From Alphaproteobacteria bacterium (GTDB lineage: Bacteria > Pseudomonadota > Alphaproteobacteria > Bin95): 64,000 nt of DNA. The position numbers and the translations under genes are program-made. The notes under the pieces were generated by a model. The model saw only the letters and a list, made by a program, of their open reading frames with translations. It ran no database searches and was not told the origin of the DNA. Positions 52,419 to 62,358 of the stretch are shown here, piece after piece. The stretch covers positions 1,152,001 to 1,216,000 of the forward strand of contig CAXXWS020000002.1 of assembly GCA_963665325.3 (NCBI GenBank), in the 5' to 3' direction. How positions within the stretch are numbered: position 1 is the stretch's first letter; every line of letters begins with the position of its first letter.

Positions 52419-53360
52419 CTATGCGGCCTTCTGCTGTCCCGTCATTGCCTCCGCAGCCGGAATGACTTCCTCTACCAGGCGGCGCGTCTGGTCCATGATC
52501 TCGTCGTCGTCGCGGCCCATCGGGCGCAGGACGAACTTGGAGATGCCTGCATCCACGAAGGCGGCGAGGCGGGCGAGGATGTCGTCCCTGCCGCCGACGG
52601 CCCATTGCCGGCGCGGGTCGCGCCCGGTGCGCTTCATCTGGGCATCGGCGGCCTTGGCCACCAGCGGCTCGTCCCAGGAGCCGAAGCGCGCATTCAGCCC
52701 CGAGCCGAAATGCTCGTGATCGAATGACCGGCCCTCAGCTTCCGCCGCGTCGCGAATCGCGGCCACAACCGGGCCCACTTCCTCCGGCGCCTCGCCGCCG
52801 GCCTGCCAGCCCGTGCCCCATTTCGCCGTCCGGCGGATCGCGGCCCGGCTTGACCCGCCGATCCAGAGCGGCAGCGGGTCCTGCACCGGCCGCGGCGAGA
52901 TCGTGGCGTCCTTCATGGCATAGAACTCGCCCTCGAAGCTGACCTTCTCTTCCGACCACAGCCGGGAGATGATCTCCAGCCCCTCATTGGTGCGGCGTGC
53001 GCCCTTGTCGAAGGCTTCGCCGCGCACCTGCCATTCCGGCCCGCGGGGACTGCCGACTCCGAAGGCCGGCAGCAGCCGTCCCTCGCTCAGCATGTCGATG
53101 GTCGCGCATTGCTTGGCGATCAGCAGCGGATCGCGCAGCCCGACCGATGCGACATTCATGCCGAACTTGATCCGCCTCGTGCGCCCGGCGATGGCCGCCA
53201 TGGCGCTCATGCACTCGAGGATCGGCTGGCGCGAGACGAGCCGGTCCGTCTGCCAGAGCGAATCCACACCGCCTTCTTCGCAGAGATCGACCCAGCGCCA
53301 GAAGGCGCGCGCATCCGAGAACGGAAAATCCGCCAGTCCCAATCCGACACCGATGCCCAT
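52419..53360 (-). CDS. luciferase-like (LLM) flavin-dependent oxidoreductase
   Basis: DSLWQTD, AKQCATIDMLSEGR, PRPVQDPLPLWIGG. Confidence 0.9.
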   Translation of the reverse strand: MGIGVGLGLADFPFSDARAFWRWVDLCEEGGVDSLWQTDRLVSRQPILECMSAMAAIAGRTRRIKFGMNVASVGLRDPLLIAKQCATIDMLSEGRLLPAFGVGSPRGPEWQVRGEAFDKGARRTNEGLEIISRLWSEEKVSFEGEFYAMKDATISPRPVQDPLPLWIGGSSRAAIRRTAKWGTGWQAGGEAPEEVGPVVAAIRDAAEAEGRSFDHEHFGSGLNARFGSWDEPLVAKAADAQMKRTGRDPRRQWAVGGRDDILARLAAFVDAGISKFVLRPMGRDDDEIMDQTRRLVEEVIPAAEAMTGQQKAA

Positions 53361-53428
53361 TGCCCGCCGCTCCTGCTATATCCGGGGGTGACTATACCCG
53401 AGACATCCGACAGCCGGGAGCGGCACCC

Positions 53429-54385
53429 ATGGAATTCGGCCTGAGCATCCCCAATCGCGGCCCTATGGCCACCCCGGAAGCCATAAGGGCGCTGGCCGAA
53501 AAGGCCGAGGAGAGCGGCTTTGTCCGCCTCGCGATACCCGACCATATCGTCATCCCGAAGAACTATGGCTCGCGCTACCCGTACGACGTTTCCGGCAAGC
53601 TGACCGGCGACTGGGGCGACTGCATGGACCAGCTCATTTTGATGACCCATGTGGCGGCAGTCACGAAGAAGGCGCGCATCCTCTCGTCGGTCATGGTGGT
53701 GCCGCACCGGCCGGCCGTGTTCACGGCGAAAGCAGTCGCGACCATGGACGTGCTGTCCGGCGGGCGCATCGACCTCGGCGTCGGCGCAGGCTGGCTGCGC
53801 GAGGAATTCGAGGCCATCGGCGCCCCCGATTTCGACGCGCGCGGGCGCGTCACCGGCGAATATCTGGAAGCCTTCAAGACGCTCTGGACCGAGGAGAATC
53901 CGGCCATGGCGGGCGAGTTCGCCGCGTTCGACGGCATTATCTTCGACCCGAAGCCCGTGCAGCGTCCGCATCCGCCGATCTGGACCGGCGGCGAGAGCGG
54001 ACCGGCGCTGCGCCGCGCGGCGCGCCATGCCGATGTCTGGTTCCCCATCGGCGCCAATCCTCGCCATCCGCTCGATACGCCGAAGCGCTTCGCCGCCGGC
54101 GTGGCCCGCATGCGCGCCGAGGCGGAGAAGGCCGGCCGCGACCCGGCGGAGGTCGGGCTCGGCTTCTCGGCCAACTGGTACCGCGAGGACCTCACGCGGC
54201 AGAACGACGAGGGCGACCGCTTCATGCTGACCGGCTCGGACGAGCAGGTCGTCGAGGACGCGGCCGCGCTCCACGAGATCGGCGTGACGCGGCTCATGTT
54301 CAATTTCCTCCGCCCGAGCCCGGAGGAGACCTTCGATGCCATCGACCGCTTCCGTGAGAACGTGATGGCGCGGCTCCTGCCATGA
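53429..54385 (+). CDS. luciferase-like (LLM) oxidoreductase, Rv2161c-like (often annotated F420-dependent)
   Basis: AEESGF....[43 protein letters not shown]. Confidence 0.9.
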   Translation: MEFGLSIPNRGPMATPEAIRALAEKAEESGFVRLAIPDHIVIPKNYGSRYPYDVSGKLTGDWGDCMDQLILMTHVAAVTKKARILSSVMVVPHRPAVFTAKAVATMDVLSGGRIDLGVGAGWLREEFEAIGAPDFDARGRVTGEYLEAFKTLWTEENPAMAGEFAAFDGIIFDPKPVQRPHPPIWTGGESGPALRRAARHADVWFPIGANPRHPLDTPKRFAAGVARMRAEAEKAGRDPAEVGLGFSANWYREDLTRQNDEGDRFMLTGSDEQVVEDAAALHEIGVTRLMFNFLRPSPEETFDAIDRFRENVMARLLP

Positions 54386-54732
54386 CCGCGCCGCTCGAAC
54401 CGGCCGCTCTTGAGGACGTGCGCTTCAACGAGGCGGGACTCGTCCCCGCCGTTGCCCAGGCGCACGACACCGGCGAGGTGCTGATGATGGCGTGGATGAA
54501 CCGCGAGTCGCTGGCGGAGACGTTGCGCACCGGCCGGGCCTGCTACTGGTCGCGCTCGCGCCGGGCCTTCTGGCGCAAGGGCGATACCTCCGGCCACACA
54601 CAGGAGGTGCGCGAATGCCGTCTCGACTGCGACGGTGACACAATCCTGCTGCTGGTCGAGCAGACCGGCCCCGCGTGCCACACCGGCGCCAGAAGCTGCT
54701 TCTTCCGGCGGATGGAACAGGAGAGCGATTAA
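54382..54732 (+). CDS. hisI: phosphoribosyl-AMP cyclohydrolase
   Basis: [33 protein letters not shown]. Confidence 0.97.
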   Translation: MTAPLEPAALEDVRFNEAGLVPAVAQAHDTGEVLMMAWMNRESLAETLRTGRACYWSRSRRAFWRKGDTSGHTQEVRECRLDCDGDTILLLVEQTGPACHTGARSCFFRRMEQESD

Positions 54733-54734
54733 CC

Positions 54735-55355
54735 ATGATCCGTGTCTTGCGCGGTCTCGCCGCCTGTCTCGCCCTGTTCGCCGCCGGGTGCTCGACCACG
54801 CCGCCTGACAACCAGGGCAATCTCTGCTCCGTGTTCGAGCAATATCCGGACTGGTACGACTATGCCCGCGCCAGCGAGAGCGAGTGGGGGACGCCCGTGC
54901 CCGTACAGATGGCGTTCGTCCACCGGGAATCGAGTTATCGCAGCCATGCGCGGCCGCCGAGAAAGTGGCTCTGGTTCATCCCGTGGGGCCGCCAGACGTC
55001 GGCTAAGGGCTATGCGCAGGCGCTGGACGGCACCTGGGAGGAATATGAAGACGAACGCGGCGGGCTGTTTCGCAGCCGCTCGGACATGGAGGACGCGCTC
55101 GACTTCATCGGGTGGTACAACCGCAAGAGCCACCGCCAGCTCGGCCTTGCCTACACCGACGCCTACAGCCTTTACCTCGCCTATCACGAGGGGCGCGGTG
55201 GCTATCGGAGCGGCAAGTGGAAGAACAAGCAGGGCGTCAAGGCCGCCGCCCGCAAGGTCGCCCGCATGGCCAAGCGCTACACCTCCCAGCTCGCCAAGTG
55301 CCAGTCCCAATTCCGATGCGACTCCTGGTACCAGATCTGGCCCTTCTGCAGCTGA
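54735..55355 (+). CDS. lipoprotein with lysozyme-like/SLT transglycosylase domain
   Basis: Lipobox AAGC; catalytic-type RESS, SAKGYAQA, DFIGWY, LYLAYHEG. Confidence 0.8.
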   Translation: MIRVLRGLAACLALFAAGCSTTPPDNQGNLCSVFEQYPDWYDYARASESEWGTPVPVQMAFVHRESSYRSHARPPRKWLWFIPWGRQTSAKGYAQALDGTWEEYEDERGGLFRSRSDMEDALDFIGWYNRKSHRQLGLAYTDAYSLYLAYHEGRGGYRSGKWKNKQGVKAAARKVARMAKRYTSQLAKCQSQFRCDSWYQIWPFCS

Positions 55356-55418
55356 CGGCGCCAGACAGGGTCATCGCCTGCTGACGGACTCCCCGTCCGC
55401 TCGGTGCCCGAAGTGTAC

Positions 55419-56336
55419 CTACAGCGCCGTGACCTCATACCCCAGGCGGGGGAAGTGGACGTGGATGGGGCCGGTTTTGGGGTCCTGGCGGCGGATTGTG
55501 ATTTCGGTCGGGGTCGCATGGACGACCTCGCCTTCCACGGGGTCGAGGGCGAAATCCTCTGTGGCCACGCGGACGCGCAGGCCGGGCGGGATGTCCCCGG
55601 GCGGGCCGGTTGAAGGCGCGGGCGCCGGCTCGGCTTCGGCCGCAATGCGGAGCGCCTCGGCCGGCGTCAGTTCCGAGCGCCGGCCGTGCCCGATGGCGGC
55701 GATCCGGGTCATCCAGTCTTCGATGCGGGGATAGCCGGCGAGAACAGGGGCGGCCCTGCCGTCAAGCGCCTTCAGCCACCAGAGGCGCTGGTAGAGGGCG
55801 AAGTCGGCGACGCGGGGCGTCCGGGTTGCAAGGTCCGGCCCTGGCTGGGCCAGCAGGTCTTCCACCCAGCCCAGCATGAGGCGAAGCTGGCCTTCCTGGT
55901 GGGGAAGGTCGGCCGCCACCCGCTCCATGCTCGGCGCCTCATGTCCCCTCATCGCCGAGCGGTCGCGGAAGAAGCCCTCCGACAGTGTCTCGCGGTTCAT
56001 GCCGGTGACATAGCGCGCGGTCGGCCACATCAGCGCGCGCTCCGCCCATGTCGCGAGCACGGCGTCGAACCCGTGCCCGTCTTCAGGCAGCAGCGGCGGG
56101 TCCGGGACGCGGCGGTCGAGCTCCATCGCGATGCACAGCGTGTCGCAATAGATGTCGGCGCCGACCTGCAGCACTGGCGTGCGACGGAACCCGCCGGTGA
56201 GCGGCATCAGGTCCGGCTTCGGCAGCACCATCGGCTGGATGACCGAGCGCCATGCCAGGCCCTTCAGCCCGAAGGCGAGGCGGATTTTCTCCGCATAGGG
56301 CGATATGTCGTAATGGTGCAGAATGAGGTCGGCCAT
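55419..56336 (-). CDS. glutathione S-transferase family protein (long form)
   Basis: LHHY..SPYAEK.R, LTGGFRRTPVLQVGADIYCDT, ADFA, VHFPR.GY. Confidence 0.9.
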   Translation of the reverse strand: MADLILHHYDISPYAEKIRLAFGLKGLAWRSVIQPMVLPKPDLMPLTGGFRRTPVLQVGADIYCDTLCIAMELDRRVPDPPLLPEDGHGFDAVLATWAERALMWPTARYVTGMNRETLSEGFFRDRSAMRGHEAPSMERVAADLPHQEGQLRLMLGWVEDLLAQPGPDLATRTPRVADFALYQRLWWLKALDGRAAPVLAGYPRIEDWMTRIAAIGHGRRSELTPAEALRIAAEAEPAPAPSTGPPGDIPPGLRVRVATEDFALDPVEGEVVHATPTEITIRRQDPKTGPIHVHFPRLGYEVTAL

Positions 56337-56423
56337 ATCCGCAAACCCGGCGCTGTTGACAGGCGCAAGCAATATCGCCGACGAAACGGAGCGCAACCCC
56401 TTCGACAAGAAAGGCCTTCCGGC

Positions 56424-56615
56424 ATGAGCGAGACAGAGAGAGACGAACCCTTTCCGGGCTACCGCTTCGACCCTGCGGCGAGCGCCCGCGCGGACCGCGC
56501 CCAGGCCGTCCTCCGGAGCGCGGTCCTCGACCATGGCGACGGCTCGCTCTTCGACACGGAACCGCAGCATATCGAGACGGCCCTGGCGCGCCTCGCTCCG
56601 GAGTCGGGCGCATGA
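56424..56615 (+). CDS. small hypothetical protein (63 aa) coupled to the amidase
   Basis: AAGAAAGG upstream of ATG 56424; its TGA overlaps the amidase ATG (ATGA); fills the gap between GST and amidase. Confidence 0.6.
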   Translation: MSETERDEPFPGYRFDPAASARADRAQAVLRSAVLDHGDGSLFDTEPQHIETALARLAPESGA

Positions 56616-58021
56616 GCCTGACCGATCTCACTCTCGCCCAGGCCGCGGCCGGCGTCGCTGCGGGCGAATTCACGGCGATGGAGCTGACGGAAGCGGCGCT
56701 CGCGCGGATCGAGGCGGTGAACCCGAAGCTGAACGCCTTCGTTCGCGTCGAGGAGGAGACCGCCCGGGAGGGCGCGGCCGCCGTCGACGCGAAACGGGCC
56801 GCAGGCGAGCCGCTCGGGCCGCTGGCCGGCGTGCCACTCGCGCACAAGGACATGTACTACCGCGAAGGCGGGCTCACCACCTGCGGCAGCAAGATCCGCA
56901 GGGAGTTCCGCCCCGAGGTGACTTCAACCGCATTGGGGCGGCTTGCGGAGGCCGGCGCCACCTATCTCGGCGGGCTCAACATGGCCGAGTTCGCGATGGG
57001 CCCGACCGGCCATAACGAGCATTTCGGCCCGTGCCGTAATCCGTGGGACCCGACGCGGATCACCGGCGGGTCGTCTTCCGGTTCCGGTTCGGCGACGGGC
57101 GGGCGACTTTGCTATGGCGCGCTCGGCTCCGATACCGGCGGCTCGATCCGCCTGCCGGCCGGCTTCTGCAACCTTGCCGGCATGAAGCCCACCCAGACCC
57201 GGGTCAGCCGTTTCGGCGTGATGGGCCTTTCCTTCTCACTCGACAACGTGGGCCCGCTCACGCGCACGGTGCTCGACAATGCGCTGATGCTGGCGGCGAT
57301 TGCGGGGCACGATCCGCTGGACCCGACCTCGGCGCCGAACCCTGTCCCGGACTATGCCGCTGCCGCTCGTGCGCCCCGTGCTTCGGGGGTGCGCGTCGGC
57401 GTCGCGCGAGGCTTCTTCGAGGAGGACGCCGATGAGCTGGCGCTGGCCGCCCGCGACAGCGCGCTCGCTGCCCTGGTTTCCGCCGGCGCCCGGCTTGTCG
57501 AGGTCGATGTTGGCGACATGGCGCGTATCAACGCGCTGTCCGCGCCGCTCACCGCTTCGGAGGCGGCGACCCTGCACGCCCACTGGCTCAGGGAAAGGCG
57601 GGAGGACTACGGCGCCCAGATGCGCGCGCGCTGCGAGATGGGCTTCCGGTTCAGCGCGGTGGATTACCTGTCCGCCGTGCAGCTCCGCCCCCGGATCGTG
57701 ACCGCATTCGTCGAGCGCGTGTTCTCGGCCTGCGATGTGCTGCTCGCGCCGACCTTCAATGTCGCCACGCCGACGATCGAGGAAACGGATGTCGGGTCGT
57801 CGCAGGGGTTCGAGGAGGTCATCTCGCGCCTGTCGCGCTGCACGCGCCCCTTCAACTACCTGACGCTTCCGGGCCTGGCGCTGCCGACGCCGGAGGCCGT
57901 GCTCGGCATGCCGGGCTCGATCCAGCTTCTGGCGCGTCCCTTCGGCGAAGCGGCGCTCTACCGGCTGGGCGCGGCCTATGAGGTGGAGACGGGCTTTTCC
58001 AGCCGCAGTCCCGACCTCTGA
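56612..58021 (+). CDS. amidase signature family amidase
   Basis: GVPLAHKD (catalytic Lys), GGSSSGSG, GSDTGGSIRLPA. Confidence 0.95.
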   Translation: MSLTDLTLAQAAAGVAAGEFTAMELTEAALARIEAVNPKLNAFVRVEEETAREGAAAVDAKRAAGEPLGPLAGVPLAHKDMYYREGGLTTCGSKIRREFRPEVTSTALGRLAEAGATYLGGLNMAEFAMGPTGHNEHFGPCRNPWDPTRITGGSSSGSGSATGGRLCYGALGSDTGGSIRLPAGFCNLAGMKPTQTRVSRFGVMGLSFSLDNVGPLTRTVLDNALMLAAIAGHDPLDPTSAPNPVPDYAAAARAPRASGVRVGVARGFFEEDADELALAARDSALAALVSAGARLVEVDVGDMARINALSAPLTASEAATLHAHWLRERREDYGAQMRARCEMGFRFSAVDYLSAVQLRPRIVTAFVERVFSACDVLLAPTFNVATPTIEETDVGSSQGFEEVISRLSRCTRPFNYLTLPGLALPTPEAVLGMPGSIQLLARPFGEAALYRLGAAYEVETGFSSRSPDL

Positions 58022-58044
58022 GCCTGCAACTGCGCGGGCTTGCA

Positions 58045-58078
58045 TCGGGCGGGGACGGGGCATACCGTTCCCGCCCGA
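58045..58078. terminator. 14-bp stem hairpin after the amidase
   Basis: tcgggcggggacgg-ggcata-ccgttcccgcccga (one G-U pair); no U-tract. Confidence 0.45.
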
Positions 58079-58197
58079 CGGTCCGCTGCCGCGCGGGACG
58101 CGCTCCCACTCCGAACAGCTATCGCAAGGGACACTAGCCGTCGTTGCAGCGCGCCGGCGATCCGTCGGACGGCAGGGAACCTTCGGGGAGGCCGGCG

Positions 58198-59073
58198 ATG
58201 CAGGACTCAGCAATCCAGGGTAACGGCGCGGCGCCGGGCGGGGAGGCTCCCGAGGATTCCGTCGCCAGAGTGTTTCGCGAGGGCGTCTATCCCTATGCGG
58301 ACCGCATGAAGCGGGCTGAATACGAGCGGCTCAAGGCTGCGCTCCAGGTCGAACTGCTCAAGGCGCAGCACTGGGTCAAGGAATCGGGCGCGAAGGTGAT
58401 CCTGCTGTTCGAGGGGCGCGATGCGGCCGGCAAGGGCGGCACGATCAAGCGTTTCACGGAGCATCTGAACCCGCGCGGCGCGCGCATCGTGGCGCTGGAG
58501 AAGCCGAGCCAACGCGAACGCAGCCAATGGTTCTTCCAGCGCTATATCCGTCATTTTCCGGCGGCCGGCGAGATCGTGCTGTTCGACCGCTCCTGGTACA
58601 ACCGGGCCGGCGTCGAGCGCGTGATGGGCTTCTGCACCGGGTCGGAATATCTGGAGTTCATGCGCGAGTGCCCGGAACTGGAGCGGATGCTGGTGCGCAG
58701 CGGCATTAGGCTGTTCAAATACTGGTTCTCGGTCTCGCAGGACGAACAGGCGCAACGGTTCGACAGCCGGCTCACCGATCCCCTGAAACAGTGGAAGATC
58801 TCGCCCATCGACCTGGCCTCGCTCGACAAGTGGGACGCCTATACGCAGGCCAAGGAAGCGATGTTCTTCTACACCGACACGGCCGACGCGCCGTGGACCG
58901 TCATCAAGTCGGACGACAAGAAGCGCGCCCGCCTCGCCTGCCTGCAGCATTTCCTTTCCAGCCTTCCTTACCCGGATCGTGATATGGAAGTGGTCCAGGG
59001 CCCGGACCCGATGATCGCCGGCCCGGCCGAGCGCGTCGTGGACCGGAGCGAGCCGATGGGCTCGGGCGTCTGA
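58198..59073 (+). CDS. ppk2: polyphosphate kinase 2 (single domain)
   Basis: GGAGG RBS; FEGRDAAGKGG, FDRSWYNRAGVE, SDDKKRAR. Confidence 0.96.
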   Translation: MQDSAIQGNGAAPGGEAPEDSVARVFREGVYPYADRMKRAEYERLKAALQVELLKAQHWVKESGAKVILLFEGRDAAGKGGTIKRFTEHLNPRGARIVALEKPSQRERSQWFFQRYIRHFPAAGEIVLFDRSWYNRAGVERVMGFCTGSEYLEFMRECPELERMLVRSGIRLFKYWFSVSQDEQAQRFDSRLTDPLKQWKISPIDLASLDKWDAYTQAKEAMFFYTDTADAPWTVIKSDDKKRARLACLQHFLSSLPYPDRDMEVVQGPDPMIAGPAERVVDRSEPMGSGV

Positions 59074-59101
59074 CGGGCGGGTCCGCGCGCGAGCCAGCGC
59101 G

Positions 59102-59641
59102 ATGAGCCGCCGGGGGGCAGGGGTCTGGGACCCGGCCCGGCTGCGCCACTCGGCGCTTGCCTATCTCACGCGCTATGCCGCGCCCTCGGCGCATGTCCGG
59201 CGAATATTGCAGCGCCGGCTGGACCGCGCCGAAGCGCGCGGGGCGGAGATGCGCGCCGGGCCGGAGGATATCGAGATTCTGCTCACCGACCTCGTGTGCA
59301 TGGGGTTGATCGACGACCGTGCCTGGGCTGAGGCGCAGGCGCGGGGGCTTCGCCGGCGGGGCGCCTCGGCGCGCGCGGTCGCCGCGCGGCTCTCGTCTAG
59401 GGGCGCGCCGCGCGAGGAAATCGAGCGTCTGCTCGCCGGGGAAGGAGACGAGGCCGAACTGCGGGCGGCATGGGCGCTGGCGCGGCGCAGGCGGCTGGGG
59501 CCCTGGCGCGACCCGGCCCATCGCGCGGAACGGCGGCAGAAGGATCTGGCGGCGATGGCGCGGGCAGGCTTCCGCCTGGACCATGCCCGGCAAGTTATCG
59601 ACGCTGACGGGCCGCCGGAGGCCCGTGAAGCGGATCAGTAG
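59102..59641 (+). CDS. recX: RecX family regulator
   Basis: ALAYLTRYA, GLIDDRAWA, ARRRRLGPWR, LAAMARAGF (alphaproteobacterial RecX pattern). Confidence 0.85.
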   Translation: MSRRGAGVWDPARLRHSALAYLTRYAAPSAHVRRILQRRLDRAEARGAEMRAGPEDIEILLTDLVCMGLIDDRAWAEAQARGLRRRGASARAVAARLSSRGAPREEIERLLAGEGDEAELRAAWALARRRRLGPWRDPAHRAERRQKDLAAMARAGFRLDHARQVIDADGPPEAREADQ

Positions 59642-60507
59642 GGGACGGAGCCCTTCACGACCGTGCGGTGCAGCACGCGCCGCTCGCTTTCCATGTCGAA
59701 ATTGGCGACCGCACGGTGCAGCAGGCAGCGATTGTCCCAGAGCACGAGGTCGCCCTTGCGCCACTTGTGCGTGTAGACGAACTCCTCCTTCGTCGCCCTG
59801 CGCAGCAGCCGGTTCAGGAAGGCGTGGCCCTCCTCCTTCGACTGCCCCTCGACGTGGCTCGTGTGGATGCCGAGATAGAGCGCCTTGCGCCCGGTGACGG
59901 GGTGGGAGCGCACGATCGGGTGCCTGACAGGGGGCCGCTCGCGCTTCTGGATATCGGTTGCCGGCGACTGTTTGGTGTTGCGCCGGTTGGCCTCCCAGCT
60001 GTGGATGGCGCAGAGGTCCGAGACTTCCTCCCGCGTCTCCCGGTCCAGGGAGTCCCAGGCCATGTGCATGTTCGCGAACTGGGTGTCGCCGCCCTCTGAC
60101 GGCGTTTCGACCGCGTGCAGCATGGTCAGCAGCGAGGGCACGGCGTGATAGGACTTGTCCGTGTGCCAGAAATAGTTGCCGCCCGAGATGCGGACCGGAT
60201 TGCCGTCCTCGTCGAGATTGTGGATCACGTGCAGCAGCGGATATTTCTCGCCGTTGGGCAAGCGCCCGACATGCTCCTCGATCTCGCCGAAACGGCGGGT
60301 GAAGGCGAGTTGCGCCTCCTTGGAGAGGGTCTGGTCGCGGAACGCCAGGATGTGGTGTTCCAGGAAGGCGTCCATGATGGCATCGAAAGTCTCGTCGTCG
60401 AACGGCGCCGCCAGGTCGATGCCGCGGATTTCGACGCCGCCCACCGGCGACAGCGGCTCCATCGTGAAAGGCGGCGGGGACGCGATTTCGCGGGCGGGCG
60501 CGGCCAT
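59635..60507 (-). CDS. TauD/TfdA family Fe(II)/2-oxoglutarate dioxygenase
   Basis: GVEIRGIDL, WHTDKSY, GGDTQFAN, HPVTGRKALY, WDNRCLLHRA. Confidence 0.93.
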   Translation of the reverse strand: MAAPAREIASPPPFTMEPLSPVGGVEIRGIDLAAPFDDETFDAIMDAFLEHHILAFRDQTLSKEAQLAFTRRFGEIEEHVGRLPNGEKYPLLHVIHNLDEDGNPVRISGGNYFWHTDKSYHAVPSLLTMLHAVETPSEGGDTQFANMHMAWDSLDRETREEVSDLCAIHSWEANRRNTKQSPATDIQKRERPPVRHPIVRSHPVTGRKALYLGIHTSHVEGQSKEEGHAFLNRLLRRATKEEFVYTHKWRKGDLVLWDNRCLLHRAVANFDMESERRVLHRTVVKGSVPY

Positions 60508-60625
60508 GGGCTCCGGCTCCTGCTAGTGCTCGTATGCCGCCAAGCCTAGCCCGGAACTCTCGCCAATGTCACGGCCGAGGCGCTATGCTGGCCCCGCGCA
60601 AGCCTGCCCGGAAGGAATGACCCGC

Positions 60626-61939
60626 ATGAAATTCGGATTGCTTTACGAGCACCAGCTGCCGCGAAGCTGGGAAGAGAAGTCGGATTACGACCTGCTGCAC
60701 GAGGCCCTCGAACAGGTGGAACTCGCCGACCGGCTGGGTTTCGACTATGTCTGGGAGAACGAACACCACTTCTTGGAGGAGTATTCGCACTCTTCCGCGC
60801 CGGAAGTGTTTCTGGCCGCCTGTTCGCGCAACACGAAGCAGATCCGGCTCGGCCATGCGGTGGTGCTCTCCCCGCCGCCCTACAACCATCCCGCGCGCGT
60901 CGCCGAGCGGATTGCCACGCTCGATCTTATCAGCAACGGCCGGGTCGACTGGGGCACGGGCGAGAGCGGCTCGCGCGTCGAGATGGAAGGCTTCGGCGTG
61001 CCCATGGAGGACAAGAAGGCGATGTGGGCCGAGGCGACCGAGCAGTCGGCCAACATGATGACCATGGCGCCCTATCCGGGCTTCGAGGGGCAGTTTTTCT
61101 CCATGCCGACCCGCAATGTGCTGCCGAAACCGTACCAGCAGCCGCATCCGCCGCTCTGGGTGGCCTGCTCGCGCATGGAGACGATCCATGCTGCGGCCAG
61201 AGCCGGCATCGGCGCGCTGACCTTCGCCTTCGTCAACCCGGCGGTCGCGAAGCAGTGGGTGGACGAGTATTACGCCATCATCAAGTCCGACGAATGCGTG
61301 CCCATCGGCCATGCGGTCAACGCCAATATCGCCATGTGCACGGGCTTCTCGGTCCACCATGACGCGGAGGAGGCGAAGCGGCGCGGGGCGGACGGCTTCC
61401 GCTATTTCGGCTATTCGCTCGGCCACTACTATGTCTTCGGCGAGCACAAGCCCGGCGTGACCCCGGTCTGGGAGCGCTTCGAGGAGGCGCGCGAGCATAT
61501 GGACGATGTCGGCAAGGGCAGCGGCATCGGCACGCCGGACGAGGTGCGCGAGCATCTGCAGGAATTCGCCGATGCGGGCGTGGACCAGGTGATCTTCATC
61601 CAGCAGGGCGGCAAGAACGAACACCGTCATATCTGCGAGGCGATGGAGCTCTTCTCCGCCGAGGTCATGCCGCATTTCAAGGTGGGCGAGGAAGAGCGCG
61701 AGGCCAGGAAGGCCGAGGAGCTTGCGCCTTACATCGAGGCTGCGCTGGCCCGCAAGCCGCGCATGGAGCCGCTCGCCGAGGCGGACATCCCGGGGGTCAC
61801 CGCATACGGCCGCAATATCGTGCAGACGGACCAGGACGTGGACGCGAGGTCCACCCACCACGCCGCCGCCGACATCACCGTGCCCGCCGCCGACCCGATG
61901 GAGAGGGAGGAGGACGCGGCGGCAGCAGCGGAGGAGTGA
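60626..61939 (+). CDS. luciferase-like (LLM) flavin-dependent monooxygenase
   Basis: MKFG..YEHQ, WENEHHFLEEYSH, HPARVAERIATLD.IS.GR, PKPYQQPHPP. Confidence 0.92.
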   Translation: MKFGLLYEHQLPRSWEEKSDYDLLHEALEQVELADRLGFDYVWENEHHFLEEYSHSSAPEVFLAACSRNTKQIRLGHAVVLSPPPYNHPARVAERIATLDLISNGRVDWGTGESGSRVEMEGFGVPMEDKKAMWAEATEQSANMMTMAPYPGFEGQFFSMPTRNVLPKPYQQPHPPLWVACSRMETIHAAARAGIGALTFAFVNPAVAKQWVDEYYAIIKSDECVPIGHAVNANIAMCTGFSVHHDAEEAKRRGADGFRYFGYSLGHYYVFGEHKPGVTPVWERFEEAREHMDDVGKGSGIGTPDEVREHLQEFADAGVDQVIFIQQGGKNEHRHICEAMELFSAEVMPHFKVGEEEREARKAEELAPYIEAALARKPRMEPLAEADIPGVTAYGRNIVQTDQDVDARSTHHAAADITVPAADPMEREEDAAAAAEE

Positions 61940-62304
61940 TGCAGGGCAACGACCTGCTGCCTGCTGGCGGCGGCGCAGCCGAGAGCGGCGGAAACGCCAA
62001 GATCGTCTATGTCCTCTATCTCGGCGCCATCGTCATCGGCCTGCTGGCGCTGATCGGCATCATCGTCGCCTATGTGAGCCGGAGCGACAGCGGCGGGTGG
62101 GTCAACGACCACTACCGGTTCCAGATCAGGACCTTCTGGATCGGGCTGCTGTATTCGGCGGTCGGCGCCGTATCGACGATCTTCCTGGTCGGCTGGGTGA
62201 TGCTGGGGGCGGCCCTGGTCTGGTGGATCGTGCGCTGCGTCAAGGGCCTCCAGTGCGCGTCCCGCTCCGAGCCCTATCCGAATATAGAGACCTGGCTGTG
62301 GTGA
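61939..62304 (+). CDS. small membrane protein, DUF4870-like
   Basis: VYVLYL, IIVAY, HYRFQIRTFW, RCVKG; 3-4 TM. Confidence 0.75.
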   Translation: MQGNDLLPAGGGAAESGGNAKIVYVLYLGAIVIGLLALIGIIVAYVSRSDSGGWVNDHYRFQIRTFWIGLLYSAVGAVSTIFLVGWVMLGAALVWWIVRCVKGLQCASRSEPYPNIETWLW

Positions 62305-62358
62305 GGCGGCGCGCTGGCTGCTAGGGTCCCGCAAACAGAGGCAGGAGGGCGAAGACCC

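Noticed and set aside
56612-58021. gatA of the Glu-tRNA amidotransferase
   Set aside because: No gatB adjacent. It has EFAMGPTG and lacks the GatA-typical SSNLARYDG and RR..IG segments, so a general amidase is the safer call.
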